A stretch of DNA of 64,000 bases from Octopus sinensis. Its lineage: Eukaryota. Every line of letters starts with the position of its first letter. Position 1 is the stretch's first letter. Location of the stretch: contig NC_043009.1 of the NCBI RefSeq assembly GCF_006345805.1, forward strand, positions 36,394,001-36,458,000, given 5' to 3'. Of the stretch, positions 1-11,554 are shown in pieces. A program made the translations under genes and the position numbers. The notes under the pieces are model-generated. The model searched no databases, was not told where the DNA came from, and saw only the letters and a list, made by a program, of their open reading frames with translations.

Positions 1-867
1 TTCATCTACACAAGTCACGTTTTGCTTTATATAACTTGTGTACACATTACATAACGCCGAGATATTTTTTAAGGCCAAAACTAATAATGCCATTCCTTGT
101 CTATGTGTGTGCCTGTTCTCTTTTTATGTATTTATGGGTTGTGTAAAATCCGCAAAACATTCTTGAATTTTGAATTATACAGTATAATACTGCCTAACGC
201 ATTTTATGACATTCATAAAAGCATTGTCTCTGTTGTATCGTCAACAGCTAAACTCGAACAGACACATTGAAAATAACGCGTCTGATGCATAAACTTCGAT
301 TCTGTTTTCTGCTTGGAAATTTGCGGGTTTTACATACACACATGAAGCAGGTCAGAACAAATATGCAAGACTTTTTTCTTAAAGTTTAAAATAAGATATT
401 GCTTGCATGATTTCGAACCCATATTAACTTTCTTCTCCTCCCATTTCGGCATCTCATTTGGCACAGAAATACCCGAAGTCGTCGAGTTATATCGAAGGAA
501 TGCCATAATAATAATGTTCTAAAGCATCTCCTAAAAGATTTTCAACAGAAATGACTGACCATTTGGTCCTATATTACTCCACGATGAGAAGTTCACTCCG
601 GACTCTTTTTTGAACCTGAGGGTCAGTACCGGATGGAATATTAAATTTAATTAATGAATGAATTATAAAAGAAGTTATATAATCGCCTTCATTAGTTTGC
701 AACTGTTTCGGCTGTAAGGAACCGTGCACCCAGAGTTAAGGCCAGCGCTCTAAGTTGAAGAACCTAATTACGTGACCCTTATTCCTTTCTGAATCGTTTA
801 TTAATTGATTCATTCATTAATTGATGGATAGACAGAGAGAGAGAGACTTGCATGTGTTGAATTAGCA

Positions 868-952
868 AGTAGTGGTGTAATTGGGAACGCATCTTCTTGA
901 CAAGCAATAAATTCGAGGTTCGATTCCCATCAGTGAACCTGATTCTTATCCC
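868..952 (+). pseudogene. Degenerate tRNA-like sequence (SINE head or tRNA pseudogene)
   Basis: A-box-like TGGTGTAATTGG and B-box GGTTCGATTCCC at tRNA-like spacing. The acceptor, anticodon and T stems do not pair, so it is not a functional tRNA. Confidence 0.4.
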
Positions 953-1555
953 AGAATCATAGATTGACAAAATCGGTTGAATGATGGACGAAGTACCTTG
1001 CGGTATTTAGTTGTATACCTACTTGGTAAATTTTGGGAAGTATACCTGCATGATTTTCACTGAGGAAAAAAAACTCGGATTTTTTGCGTGGAATCAAATA
1101 CCCTGGCCTCCTAATGTGCCCCCACCCCACCCTACTCCGCTATCCCGGAATCATTAAAATTGTTTTTGTTTTTTATTTCGTTACGGTGACCTCCTAATGC
1201 CACAAACTCCATTTTTTTTTGGTCCGGAAAACGGGGTGAGGTGGAACCCTCGGAAATTTAAATTCTGCCGAGGTCAACTTTGCCTTTCATCCTTTTGGGG
1301 TCGATTCCTCTCTCTCTCACTCTCTCTCATCTGTGAGCCACTTGTAGAAGAGTATGTCTAGGAGTATATAATGTAATATCATTTCCCTATTTAAGGGAAA
1401 TAATATTCCCTTTTTGCTGCACCACTCAGTTATGCAAACTTTAAAAAAAAACACCACTGGTTATCAAGCAGTAGGCATAGAAACACGACATTCATGCATA
1501 CATACATACATAAATACATACTTGCATATATACATACGTCATACATGTGTACATG

Positions 1556-2615
1556 CTAGCTGTCCTCCTTATTTGTTTCCATTAGAGCTGTCTCTATGAT
1601 GGTCTCTAAGGCATTCGTTACTCTACTAACTTGGTTATTATTACACTGCTCCAGCCAGAACAGGCGAAACTTGGGTTGGAAGGCATCAGCCAGTTGGCAC
1701 TCCAGGTGTTCTTGGAGGAGCCCAAACCTTTTCGTGATGCCTGCCAGTATTGCATCTACTAGAGGACTGCAGTACAGGAGATGTTTGAACTTGGTCTCCT
1801 TCAACTTCATAACAGTAGCCACTACAGTTGGCAGAAGACTCCCAAGATAGGCCTGGTCCTCCCACTGGATTTTATTCAAGGCTTTGGCAACATTAGACAT
1901 CACCTGGGCATACTCTGTCAAGAAGCTGACATCAGAATTAGTGAAGGTCTGCAGCTTCAGCTGTGTCAACACCCTGTGGACAGCTCCGCTATTCTTCTCC
2001 AGCAGGTTGTTGAGGACAACAAGAGACATTGGAAGAGTTCCATCTGGTACTGTTGGAGACCACCATCATCCTCTTCAATGCATCCAGAACGCTGTTTTCC
2101 GCCACTATGCTGTGGCTCTGCAGATTCCACAGTTGCTGTGCCTTGGACATGGCCTTCCTGTTAGCCAACTTGAACAAAGTGTTGTCAAGAGCCTTGTCAG
2201 CATCCATGCCGACTACCAAATTGAAGGTATGGGCTGCACATTTCATGTGCACTGGCAGGTTGAGGCCCAGGCCACTGGACTCATCAAGGGCAGCATCAAT
2301 AGAGATGTACTCAAATTTGTCCACATCCTCAACACTCTCCTTGTCTGGATTAGCAGCAGCCTCAGGAATGTCTGACAAGGGTTCAACTTCTGTACCAAAC
2401 TGCATAAATGCCGTGACAAAATTTTTGCCGATGTCCATCATCGTCTTGGTCACCTTGTCTTGCAGATGGAACTTGTAATGGGTGTCCATCATGGCTTGGG
2501 TGAGAACATCAAAGGTGTGATGTCTTCTGCGCCAAGAGCAGGCCAGGACAGCGTGTTGTTTCATGCGGGTCTTGAGGTTCAGCCAGTGTTCCATCATCCT
2601 CGGGTAGGACTTGTT
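1556..2615 (-). mobile_element. hAT (Ac-like) transposase remnant, one frameshift near 2000-2030
   Basis: Minus-strand translation contains KVTKTMMDIGKNFVTAF (second catalytic Asp region), KCAAHTFNLV (CxxH), STRWNS, and then in another frame LLPT...FQPKFRL (HPKF-like). Truncated by an RTE-tail insertion at ~2615; no TIRs seen. Confidence 0.85.
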
Positions 2616-2960
2616 GTGATCATTCCCAGTGCTGCCTGAATGGCTTCCGTGCCGGTAGCACATAAAAAGCACCATTCGAGCATGATCATTGCCTGACTGG
2701 CTCCTGTACCGGTGGCACATAAAAAACACCATTTGAGCATGGCAGTTGCCAGTGCCACCTGACTGGCCCTCATGCTGGTGGCACATTAAAAGCACCTACT
2801 ACACTCTTGGAGTGGTTGGCATGAGGAAGGGCATCCAGATGTAGAAACTTTGCCAGATCAGATTGGAGCCTGGTGCAGCCTTCTGGCTTGCCAGCCCACA
2901 ATCAAACCATCCAGCCCATGCCAGCATGTAAAGCGGACATTCAACAAGGATGATGATGAT
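2615..2960 (+). mobile_element. RTE-LINE 3'-tail element (5'-truncated), ending in (GAT)n
   Basis: Sub-repeats of GTGCCGGTGGCAC..AAAAGCACC type, core GGAAGGGCATCCAG.TGTAGAAAC and (GAT)n tail, matching the 3' UTR of the RTE copy at 13461-14594. Confidence 0.85.
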
Positions 2961-3193
2961 ACACACACATACATACATGCATGTATGCATTCATGCATGC
3001 ACGCACACATGCACACACACACACTCACATAAATACAAATAAACAAACAAAATTCCAAACTGAACTGTGTCTTAAACAAAGTGGTGTCGTCACTATCTAT
3101 CAACAAATGGCTGTAAGTGATTTATCATTGAACAGATACGTGTACAGTAGAAAGACAGATTGAACAAGCAAACAAATTGGTATTGGTTTAAAA

Positions 3194-3523
3194 CAGGCCT
3201 GGCCAACTTGAATTACATTTCAAGCCACTTTAATCACAGAAAGTTTTTTGAGGGCTGCTTGTATACTCTATGCACTAATAGTCAAATAATCAAATTACAG
3301 GATCAAGAATTTTTTCATACGTTTCGTTTGTTTAAAATTATAAAATTGTAGGCAACTGCTTTATTACCACTTATAAATTTTAAATTTATTTTGAAACAAA
3401 TATTGTACACAAACAATTTTATTTTGAAATTAAACATAATACTTCAAGAAAGTATCAAGCAGGCTGCTAGATAAAAGTCTGCGGTCTACATGCAGCCCAT
3501 GGGCCTCAGGTTGGCCAGCCCTT
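3194..3523. mobile_element. Buster/Charlie-type hAT MITE
   Basis: TIRs CAGGCCTGGCCAAC / GTTGGCCAGCCCTT; 8-bp flanks GTTTAAAA and GTTTAGAA (7/8 identical, central TA). Confidence 0.7.
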
Positions 3524-4308
3524 GTTTAGAACATGGAATTTACATATCTAAAGATAATTGCAGAGCTGTTACAATAGAAATGTTTTACACTCTATTGTAA
3601 CAGCTTTACAATAAGCTATATAAATCACGTGCTAAACCAATACCAACTTCTTGGCTTGTTCATTCTATCTTTCTACTGTACATATGTATGTGTGTGTGGT
3701 TTTATTGACATATAACCAATGTTTAGAACTCCACGTGTTCAGTTAAATTAATTCAAAAAATTTGAGGAGCGAATGAGTTTCTTTCTGCAGTTCCATTCCA
3801 ATATTTCAAACACAAAGTACAAATATAAAACAGCTGTGGAGATCAAATTTTTACTTTTATTCATAAAGTGATATATATGAGATACAGGTGTTTATGATTT
3901 AACTTTCATAAACGTATAGTGAAACATGGGTTGTATATATTTATATTTCTAGAGGTAACACACACACACTCACAGTGGATTTTATATATATAGATTAAAT
4001 ATACTTCCCCCTCCTCTTTCTCTAAAGTAACAGTGTAATTACTTCTAAATGTAACCTCTTATGTCATAACTGAAGTGTATTTGTTCAAGCTCACTAGCGT
4101 TATTTCCTGTTGCTTTCTCTATGTAGGCCTGAAAAATAAGGTGTTAAATGTGAGAGTAAATAGATGTGGTAACATTTATGTATCTCCTGCAGGCATTAAA
4201 AAACCTGTGCATGTCAATGCATCAGACATTGAATAAAATTTACAACTTGTCAATATAAATTAAGTTCCTGTTTGTCTCACAGTCTTTTTTTTCGTTCCAA
4301 ATTCATAG

Positions 4309-4505
4309 ACTTCGGTTGCCTGAATGGGTGAAGACAGAAATTCCAATTGGCAAGAGCTACAGTGAAATAAAGGCAAGTTTACGGAACAATAAATTACACA
4401 CTGTATGTGAAGAGGCCAAGTGTCCAAACATTGGAGAATGTTGGAGTGGAGAGAAAGGTACAGCCACTGCTACTATTATGATCCTTGGCGAATTGTGCAC
4501 ACGAG
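4309..4505 (+). CDS. LIAS: Lipoyl synthase, internal coding exon
   Basis: Acceptor ttccaaattcatAG at 4307-4308 and donor GTtggt at 4506. Encodes [12 protein letters not shown]...[15 protein letters not shown]...[15 protein letters not shown], containing the LipA CX4CX5C motif and the first half of the radical-SAM CX3CX2C motif. Confidence 0.95.
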
Positions 4506-4720
4506 GTTGGTTTCTTCATTCTTATATAATATAATTTATTTGATTGAAGTGTTAGACCATTGGAGAAAATGCTTGGTAGTATTAATTCCAAATTTTTACA
4601 CCCTAAGTTCAGATCCCACCAAGGATCTTTCATCTTTTCAGGGTCAATAAAATATAGTGCTTGTTAAGAACTGGTATAATCTAACCCCTTCTCTTCAAAA
4701 TTGCTGGCCTTGTGTTATTA

Positions 4721-4931
4721 AGGCGGCAGCAAGCTCGTAGAATCATTAGCACTTCAGGCAAAATGCTTAGCAGCATTTGGTCTGTCTACATTCTGAGTTC
4801 AAATTTTGCTGAGATCGACTTCACCTTTTATCCTTTTGGGGTTGATAAAATTAAGTACCATTTGAGCACGGGTCAATGTAATCAACTTACCCCTCCTCTG
4901 AAATCGCTGGCCTTGTGCCAAAATTTGAAAC
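4721..4931 (+). mobile_element. tRNA-derived SINE, GAGGTCGACTTTGCCTTTCATCC family
   Basis: Head GGCGGC..GC...AGAATCATTAGC, B-box-like GAGTTCAAATT and central TTTTATCCTTTTGGGGTTGATAAAATTAAGTACC. Related copies lie at ~1260-1310, 16400-16525, 19914-20146, 43240-43330, 47465-47655, 48150-48345, 54995-55208 and 56371-56584. Confidence 0.8.
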
Positions 4932-4961
4932 TATTATTGTTGTTGTTATTATTATTATTAC

Positions 4962-5261
4962 CATTCGAGCATGATCGTTACCAACATCGCCTTACTGGCA
5001 CCTGTGCTGGTGGCATGTGTAAAAGGATTCGAGCGAGATCATTGCCAGTACCACCTGACTGGCCCCCGTACCAGTGGAACGTAAAAAGCACCCACTACAC
5101 TCTCGAAGTGGTTGGCATTAGGAAGGGCGTCCAGCTGTAGAAACTCTGCCAAATCAAGATTGGAGCCTGGTGCAGCCATCTGGTTCACCAGCCGTCAGTC
5201 AAAATCGTCCAACCCATGCTAGCATGGAAAGCGGACGTTAAACAATGATGATGATGATGAT
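4962..5261 (+). mobile_element. RTE-LINE 3'-tail element
   Basis: Same core as other copies; palindrome CCATGCTAGCATGG at 5214-5227; (GAT)n tail. Confidence 0.85.
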
Positions 5262-5899
5262 TAATGTGGCAAGCTGACAGAATCATTGGCATGAATCAAT
5301 AAATAAAGAGTTTTTAGCTTTTAAAGTTTGTAATTTTGGGGTAATTTTAACCAACTGTAAGACACATTCATGTCTGTTTCCATAGTAACAAGCCAAACAT
5401 GAGAACTCTTTTGTCTGTGAGATAGCACATGTTGACATATTTATTCTATTCGAAAGCATGCGTGTTGATGCTGTGTTCTGTTGCCTGTACTCTGGTCGAG
5501 AGAAGTGCTAAAAATAACACCCAAATAAGCCTTAAATCACGCACCCCACCCCAGTTTTTTTTGCATAATTGTATGAATTCCCGAGTGTAGAATTACCAAA
5601 TTCGCAAAATTTTTATGAAAATTCCAAAAAATAAAGAAGTTATGAGGGGTTGTATGTCATGCATAAAGCAGAAGTTGATTTATTTACAGTTTCATATTAA
5701 AACACATCATGCACAAAATGACAGCATCCAAATCCTGTTTTCTGACTGGGTGAAAATTTTCAAAATTTAAACCTCTATTTTTCTTGAAAAAAATTAAATA
5801 TCTCCTGAGATTCAACTTGGAAAAGTACACTAATGAACCAAATTTTAAAATTTACAATAAACTGGAGTTTCTTTGTAATTCTAAAGTAGAGTACATTTG

Positions 5900-6300
5900 G
5901 TTCAAAGCCTTTGTTTTGGGGGGATTTTTTCCCTCTTTCCATAGAGTATAGGTACATTCTAGGAGGGCTGCCTGATAGCAGTTCTTTGATTTCCATTTCA
6001 TATCAAGTTTTCACAACTCTTAACACCCCAATAACAACTGGGAGTATTCTTACATCTATATTATAAATACTCACCATTTTAGTCTTCAGACGTTAATGCT
6101 TGGACATTATTCCACTACATTTACCAAGCAAACCATATCAATTTGTAAACAAAATCTAGATCCATCAACTTTAATAATAAAACTCGGTTATTTCACTTTT
6201 ATCTCATTGTCTGAACATTTTGCATGTTCCAATCACACCATATCTATTTATCATTCTGGGTTTGATAGTGTTTTTGATGATTTAACCAACTATAACCACC
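5900..6300 (-). mobile_element. Heavily degraded R4/Dong-like LINE endonuclease remnant
   Basis: Minus frames give PSFIIKVDGSRFCLQIDMVC and DVRILPVVIGVL, resembling PDIVVV..K.C..I..ACP and VDVIPIVIGTLG of the element at 14800-16400. Many stops. Confidence 0.35.
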
Positions 6301-6926
6301 ACCATCACTACCATCCCACCCTAAAATATTTTTAGCTTTGTACAATTATTCAAAAATCTGTTTCGCAGCTGCTTGCCAAAATCAGTAGATCACTCGAATA
6401 AATGACTTACAGTATTAAGTTATGTCCCCTTATGTTTGCAGTTCAAATCTCCTCAGGACCCTATGTCAACTTGTCTCTTGTTAGACCTCACATCTGGTCT
6501 GTCTCTACAGTATATTTGTTTCTCACTGACTCACATGTTAATAACTTTAAGAACCACAACTTATTTCTTTTTACCTTTCTTCACATCTTCATTATTTTAC
6601 ACCCCTTATTCTTTTTTTTTTATTTTGTTGCTGGCAGGGATCGAAGGGGTCTGCTCTAACACATCTTGCGTTTTAGTGAGATCCTTTCTCGTCTGATAAA
6701 CTCAACAACAGTGAAAACAAGCAGCCTTTATAGTTGCCTCATATACTTTTGGTTTCGATACCCTTCCTGCCACTAACCATTTCACAGTGTGGACTGTGTA
6801 CATCTATTCATTCCATCAGTTGTTATCTGCAACAAGACTAAAGAATCACCTTTACCCTGCACCAGTTTTTATTCTTCTCTTTAACCATTTTAAATTTCAT
6901 TCTAATACAATATTATTATTTTGCAG

Positions 6927-7618
6927 GATGCCGTTTCTGCTCTGTGAAAACTTCACGAGCTCCTCCTCCACCGGACCCAGATGAACCAGTGAATACAGCC
7001 AAGATCATCGCATCTTGGCTAGTAGATTATATCGTGATAACTTCAGTAGACCGTGACGACATCGCAGATGGTGGAGCTGCCCATTTTGCTGAAACAGTAA
7101 AGCAGGTGAAAGCCCACAAGCCAACGATTCTTGTGGAGTGTCTTACCTCTGACTTTCGTGGCGACTTAGAATCTGTTGAGAAAGTTGCTAACTCAGGACT
7201 AAATGTTTATGCTCACAATGTAGAAACAGTTAAAGACTTCCAGTGGCTTGTGAGAGATCCTCGTGCTAACTATGACCAATCAATGAAGGTTCTAGAACAT
7301 GCCAAAAAAACTAAGCCAAAGTTAATCACAAAAACATCTCTTATGTTAGGATTTGGAGAATCTGATGACCAAATCTTAAAAACAATGGAGGACTTGAGGA
7401 AAATAAATGTGGATTGTTTGACTTTGGGTCAGTATATGCAACCAACAAAACGACACATTAAAGTGAAAGAATATGTTCACCCAGATAAATTTCAATATTG
7501 GAAAGAAGTCGGTGACAAATTAGGATTTGCTTACACTGCTAGTGGCCCATTAGTAAGATCTTCTTATAAAGCAGGAGAATTCTATCTGAAAAATTTGGTG
7601 GAAAAGGCAGCTTCTTAG
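6927..7618 (+). CDS. LIAS: Lipoyl synthase, terminal coding exon (692 nt)
   Basis: Acceptor ttttgcAG at 6925-6926. The phase-1 junction G|GA restores [12 protein letters not shown]. Continues [62 protein letters not shown], then TAG at 7616-7618. Confidence 0.97.
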
Positions 7619-7683
7619 TTGAAAAGAGGTCAGAAATTTCCTTCACTATAATTCCTGTAAATGTAGGTATCATATTTATTGTT

Positions 7684-7689
7684 AATAAA
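7684..7689 (+). promoter_or_regulatory. Candidate polyadenylation signal of LIAS
   Basis: AATAAA 66 nt after the stop codon, followed by GT/T-rich sequence. Confidence 0.55.
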
Positions 7690-7784
7690 ATCTGTTAATT
7701 CTACCTGGTTTGTGTCCATTTTCTGTATTTCATAATTGTTAATTTGATGGAATTTGTCTTTTTATGGTGCATATTTAGTAGTTA

Positions 7785-8055
7785 GTGGCACTCCGTTACT
7801 TACGATAAGGGTTCCTGTTGATCCGATCAACAAAACAGCTTGCTCATGAAATTAACGTGTAAGTGGCTGAGTACTGCACCAACACGTGTACCCTTAACAT
7901 AGTTCTTGGGGAGATTCGGCATGAGACAGGAGGTGACAAGGCTGGCCCTTTGAAATACAGGTACTATTCATTTTTGCCAGCTGAATGGATTGGAGCAACA
8001 TGAAATAAAGTGTCTTGCTCAAGGACATAACACACTGCTAGGAATCTAACTCGTG
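7785..8055 (-). mobile_element. tRNA-derived SINE (partial), family of 53467-53846 and 63086-63450
   Basis: Shares GGGTTCC.GTTGATCCGATCAAC..AACAGC.TGCTCATGAAATTAAC..GTAAGTGGCTGAG with the two longer copies. Confidence 0.8.
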
Positions 8056-8535
8056 AGCTAAATACCCTCCAGTATGTATACCTATACTATAGAGTGTCTA
8101 TAGTATGTACAGCTATACCACTGTATATATATATAGTTACACTATCTTTAAAGTGTATATTTACAAAGTGTATCACTACACCATAATTTAGAGGGCATAT
8201 TTACATTATGTATAACTTCATTACATTAAAAGTGTATAGTTATTGTATGTGTAGCTGCATTACATTTCAAATATTTCGTTTCTGATTGTCACCAGGTCTT
8301 ATTTCAGGAGATATACAAAATACTTGACTGGACTAAAACTAGAAAACTTTTATTTCTAAACTAAATGTAATACAATAATTTTATAGTTTCATCCACTAAC
8401 ATTACTATCAACCTTACTTTAAATGTAAAGATTCCTAGTTCAGATTTAATCTGGATTATCCAAGATGTCATCTAACAAGAATGACTGAAATTAAACTGAC
8501 TAAAATGTTGTGTGTGTATATGCATGTATAATATA

Positions 8536-10226
8536 TCTATATATAAAACTGAGAATGTGTGTCTATGTGTGAATCCCTAACACTCAAGAAGTACCCCAAC
8601 TGATTTCATTCAAATTTTACATCTGCATAACTTAGGGTCCATGGAGTGTCATGGGTGAAAAAAATTTTCAACTTCTTGCCTAATGCAGGCCTGGAGAAAT
8701 CTTTTAGACTGGTTCGGTATTACGTGTCAAGAGATATTCTTTCACTTTTAATTCTAATGTGATAAGACTAAAATCATCTTATTTCTATTATATTTGAAAT
8801 AAATGAATAATTTATATCCTAATGTGAACAAAATTATGCATCGGCAACTTTCTGTCTTTACAGCCCACAACAGTGGAATAGTGTGTCAGTATATGTGTGT
8901 TGACTGACATAACAAACAGTTGGAGGTGAAACTCTTGACAAAAAACAATGAGGTGGCAGGTCCAAGGAATATAAAAATACACATTTGCCATTCAATTACC
9001 AGTTAATAATTATCGCAGTAGATGCAAAGTTGCAAGATATTTACAGTTACCCATAAATTAGCATTTAATACATGTGCTTAATATGTATGTATATATATAT
9101 ATATATACATAGTAAGAAATTTATCTATAATAATTATTATGGCATTTATCGTTAAATTATCAGTTCATACATGTGCTTCTATTTGGTTCATTTAAACTGC
9201 ATACAAAAATAGACTTACTACATACATACAACTGCTTACAAAAATAGAGATTAATGTATAATTTTTTCTATGTTCGTAATTTTTTATTTACAATATTGAA
9301 AAAAATATGCCACCAAAGAAAAGACACAATCGCTCCAGAAACATAAAGCAAGAAGGATTGTAGAAAACCAAAGGCAAGAGTCTCAAAAGAGAAGGGAGGT
9401 GAAACTTTTTCAAGACCAGCAAAGGCATGCTGCAGCACTTAATGCTGAATCATTAAAACAACATTTTAATGATTAGACAGAGGTCCAATAGAATAGCTCT
9501 CAGAGACAGAACATGTACAAATTTGTTCCTCACAACTGGAGCTACTTTCAGGTATGATCCATCCCATTCTTATAAAAATAACTCTGTCCAAATTGGTGTG
9601 CTAAACTCAAATTGTTGTTTCTGCAAAGCTTTAAAATATCCAAATGAAGCTAATGCTATGCACTGCTCAGGTGGTAAGGTAAGATTGTCAGCACTACCAG
9701 CTCCTCCTCAACCTCTTATGGATCATCCTGTCAAAGGATTTTCTGAACAATATCAGACAATACAATTCTGCATTTCAAATGACATCATTTGGTGCATCTA
9801 AGGAGATAGTTGAACATGGATTTATGTCGACGTTCAAAGTTCAAGGACAAGTCTCTCACTTCATTGGTTCCCTGTTACCCACAAATCAACAACCAAAGTT
9901 CCTTCAAATTGACTTTATGAGTGATGTATGACAACAGACCCAAAGGAGATGTCAAAACTTCAGACGATGGGTCGTGTTAGATGCAGTGCCAACCACCACA
10001 AAGGAGATTATATCCACTGACAGCTTTTCGGTGGGTTCAAAAATCACATACCCCCCACCCCCAATTCTCCATGACAGGTTAGGGACTAGAATCCTCCAAA
10101 CAGACGCATGACATGTCGCTTAGTCAAATTAGCCCACCATTTACTCCACAAATGATTTGTCATCAATGCTGCATTTTCCTGTATCACGCCATTTTAATCC
10201 CAAGCAACACCAGGTATCTCTGCTAG
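8536..10226 (+). mobile_element. Internally deleted Helitron with RepHel N-terminal remnants
   Basis: Inserted A|TC (8536) ... CTAG|T (10223-10226), with a subterminal CCCAAGCAACACCAGG hairpin remnant. Internal frames give CFCKALKYPNE..MHCSGGKVRL..LPAPPQPL and FKVQGQVSHFIGSLLP...QPKFLQI, typical of Helitron RepHel N-termini. Confidence 0.8.
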
Positions 10227-10275
10227 TATATATATATATATATATATACACACAAACTCTAGAGATAAAGGTAAT

Positions 10276-10525
10276 CATCTTCATCATCATCATCGTTTAA
10301 TGTCCGTTTTCCATGCTAGCATGGGTTGGACGATTCAACCGGGGTCTGGGAAGCCAGGAGGCTGCACCAGGCTCCAGTCTGATCTGGCAGCGTTTCTACA
10401 GCTGGATGCCCTTCCTAATGCCAACCACTCCATGAGTGTAGTGGGTGCTTTTTACGTGCCACCAGCACAGATGCCAGGGGAGGCTGGCAACAGCCACGAT
10501 CGGTTGGTGCTTTTTACATGCCGAT
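10276..10525 (-). mobile_element. RTE-LINE 3'-tail element
   Basis: (CAT)n on + strand followed by CCATGCTAGCATGGGTTGGAC. Confidence 0.85.
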
Positions 10526-10794
10526 CGTGGCCAGAAAATTCTGACTTTACATCTGTTCTTAAAGATCTCAACATTTTGTTGTGGTTTCACTTTCTTCTAA
10601 AAGACTGAAACTAATGACGTGTTGAAATAAAGAGTTAGAATAACCTAATGGACCTGATATTATATTTGTAGAACTATCACCTCACAGTTTGCAATTTCAA
10701 ATCACTAATGGGTGTGATATTATCACTGGACATCTTTATTGTAAATGTGTTGAAGGAAGGTGTACGAAATGATGTACATAACAAAATTTGTAAT

Positions 10795-11040
10795 TGGCAC
10801 ATAAAAACACCATCCGAGCGTGGCCGTTCGCCAGCCTCGTCTGGCACCTGTGTCGGTGGCACATAAAATCACCCACTACACTCTCGGAGTGGTTGGTGTT
10901 AGGAAGGGCATCCAGCTGTAGAAACACTGCCAGATCTGACTGGCCTGGTGCAGCCTTCGGGCTCCCCAGACACCAGTTGAACCGTCCAACCCATGCTAGC
11001 ATGGAGAGCGGACGTTAAATGATGATGATGATGATGATGA
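10795..11040 (+). mobile_element. RTE-LINE 3'-tail element
   Basis: Same core; CCATGCTAGCATGG at 10991-11004; (GAT)n tail. Confidence 0.85.
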
Positions 11041-11484
11041 ATTGAAATTTCCTTTTAAGTTGGAGGAAGAAAACAAAAACTCAGTAACACCTAAACAGGA
11101 GATAATTTCAAGAAATCCAAGTTTAGTTTTACAAAACGAATTGACATGCTTCAGAGAAAATCTAGTTATTGTTTGTAGGTAAGGAGCACAAAAATGGATG
11201 TTTTAGGCTATTGGACCTCAACAGTAGAGTATAGCCAACTGAAGCCTACTTTGATCAATTGACAGGGTTTTAGATTGAGAAAAACAATTACAAAGATTTT
11301 GGCCAGTAAAATATAGCCTAGCAGTCAAGAGTAAGATTGACCATGCTTTCACTAATTGTTTTAGGTGCTTATGTAGCTGCAAGCAGACACAAACATTCTC
11401 GCAGCCCCCTTACCAATGACCCAATAGCATATCAGAATGTAACAGCTTGGAGAGAGGTGCTCTAGTACTCATTTTCCGCCACAT

Positions 11485-11554
11485 AATGAGTAATAATTTG
11501 TATAACAAGAAAAAATCTTGAACAATGAGTAATAATTTGTATAACAAGAAAAAA
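11485..11554. repeat. Direct repeat, 39-bp period
   Basis: AATGAGTAATAATTTGTATAACAAGAAAAAA at 11485 and 11524. Confidence 0.9.

Noticed and set aside
400-800. RPL9 or LIAS exon 1 (the two genes are head-to-head in human)
   Set aside because: No frame on either strand resembles RPL9 or the LIAS N-terminus.
1989-2795. 268-aa ORF as a gene
   Set aside because: Chimeric read-through: the N-terminus comes from an RTE-tail insertion and the rest is the hAT remnant.
11365-11456. Possible 92-nt exon (GAYVAASRHKHSRSPLTNDPIAYQNVTAWRE)
   Set aside because: Weak donor (GTGCTC), no recognisable homology, and it lies outside both gene models.
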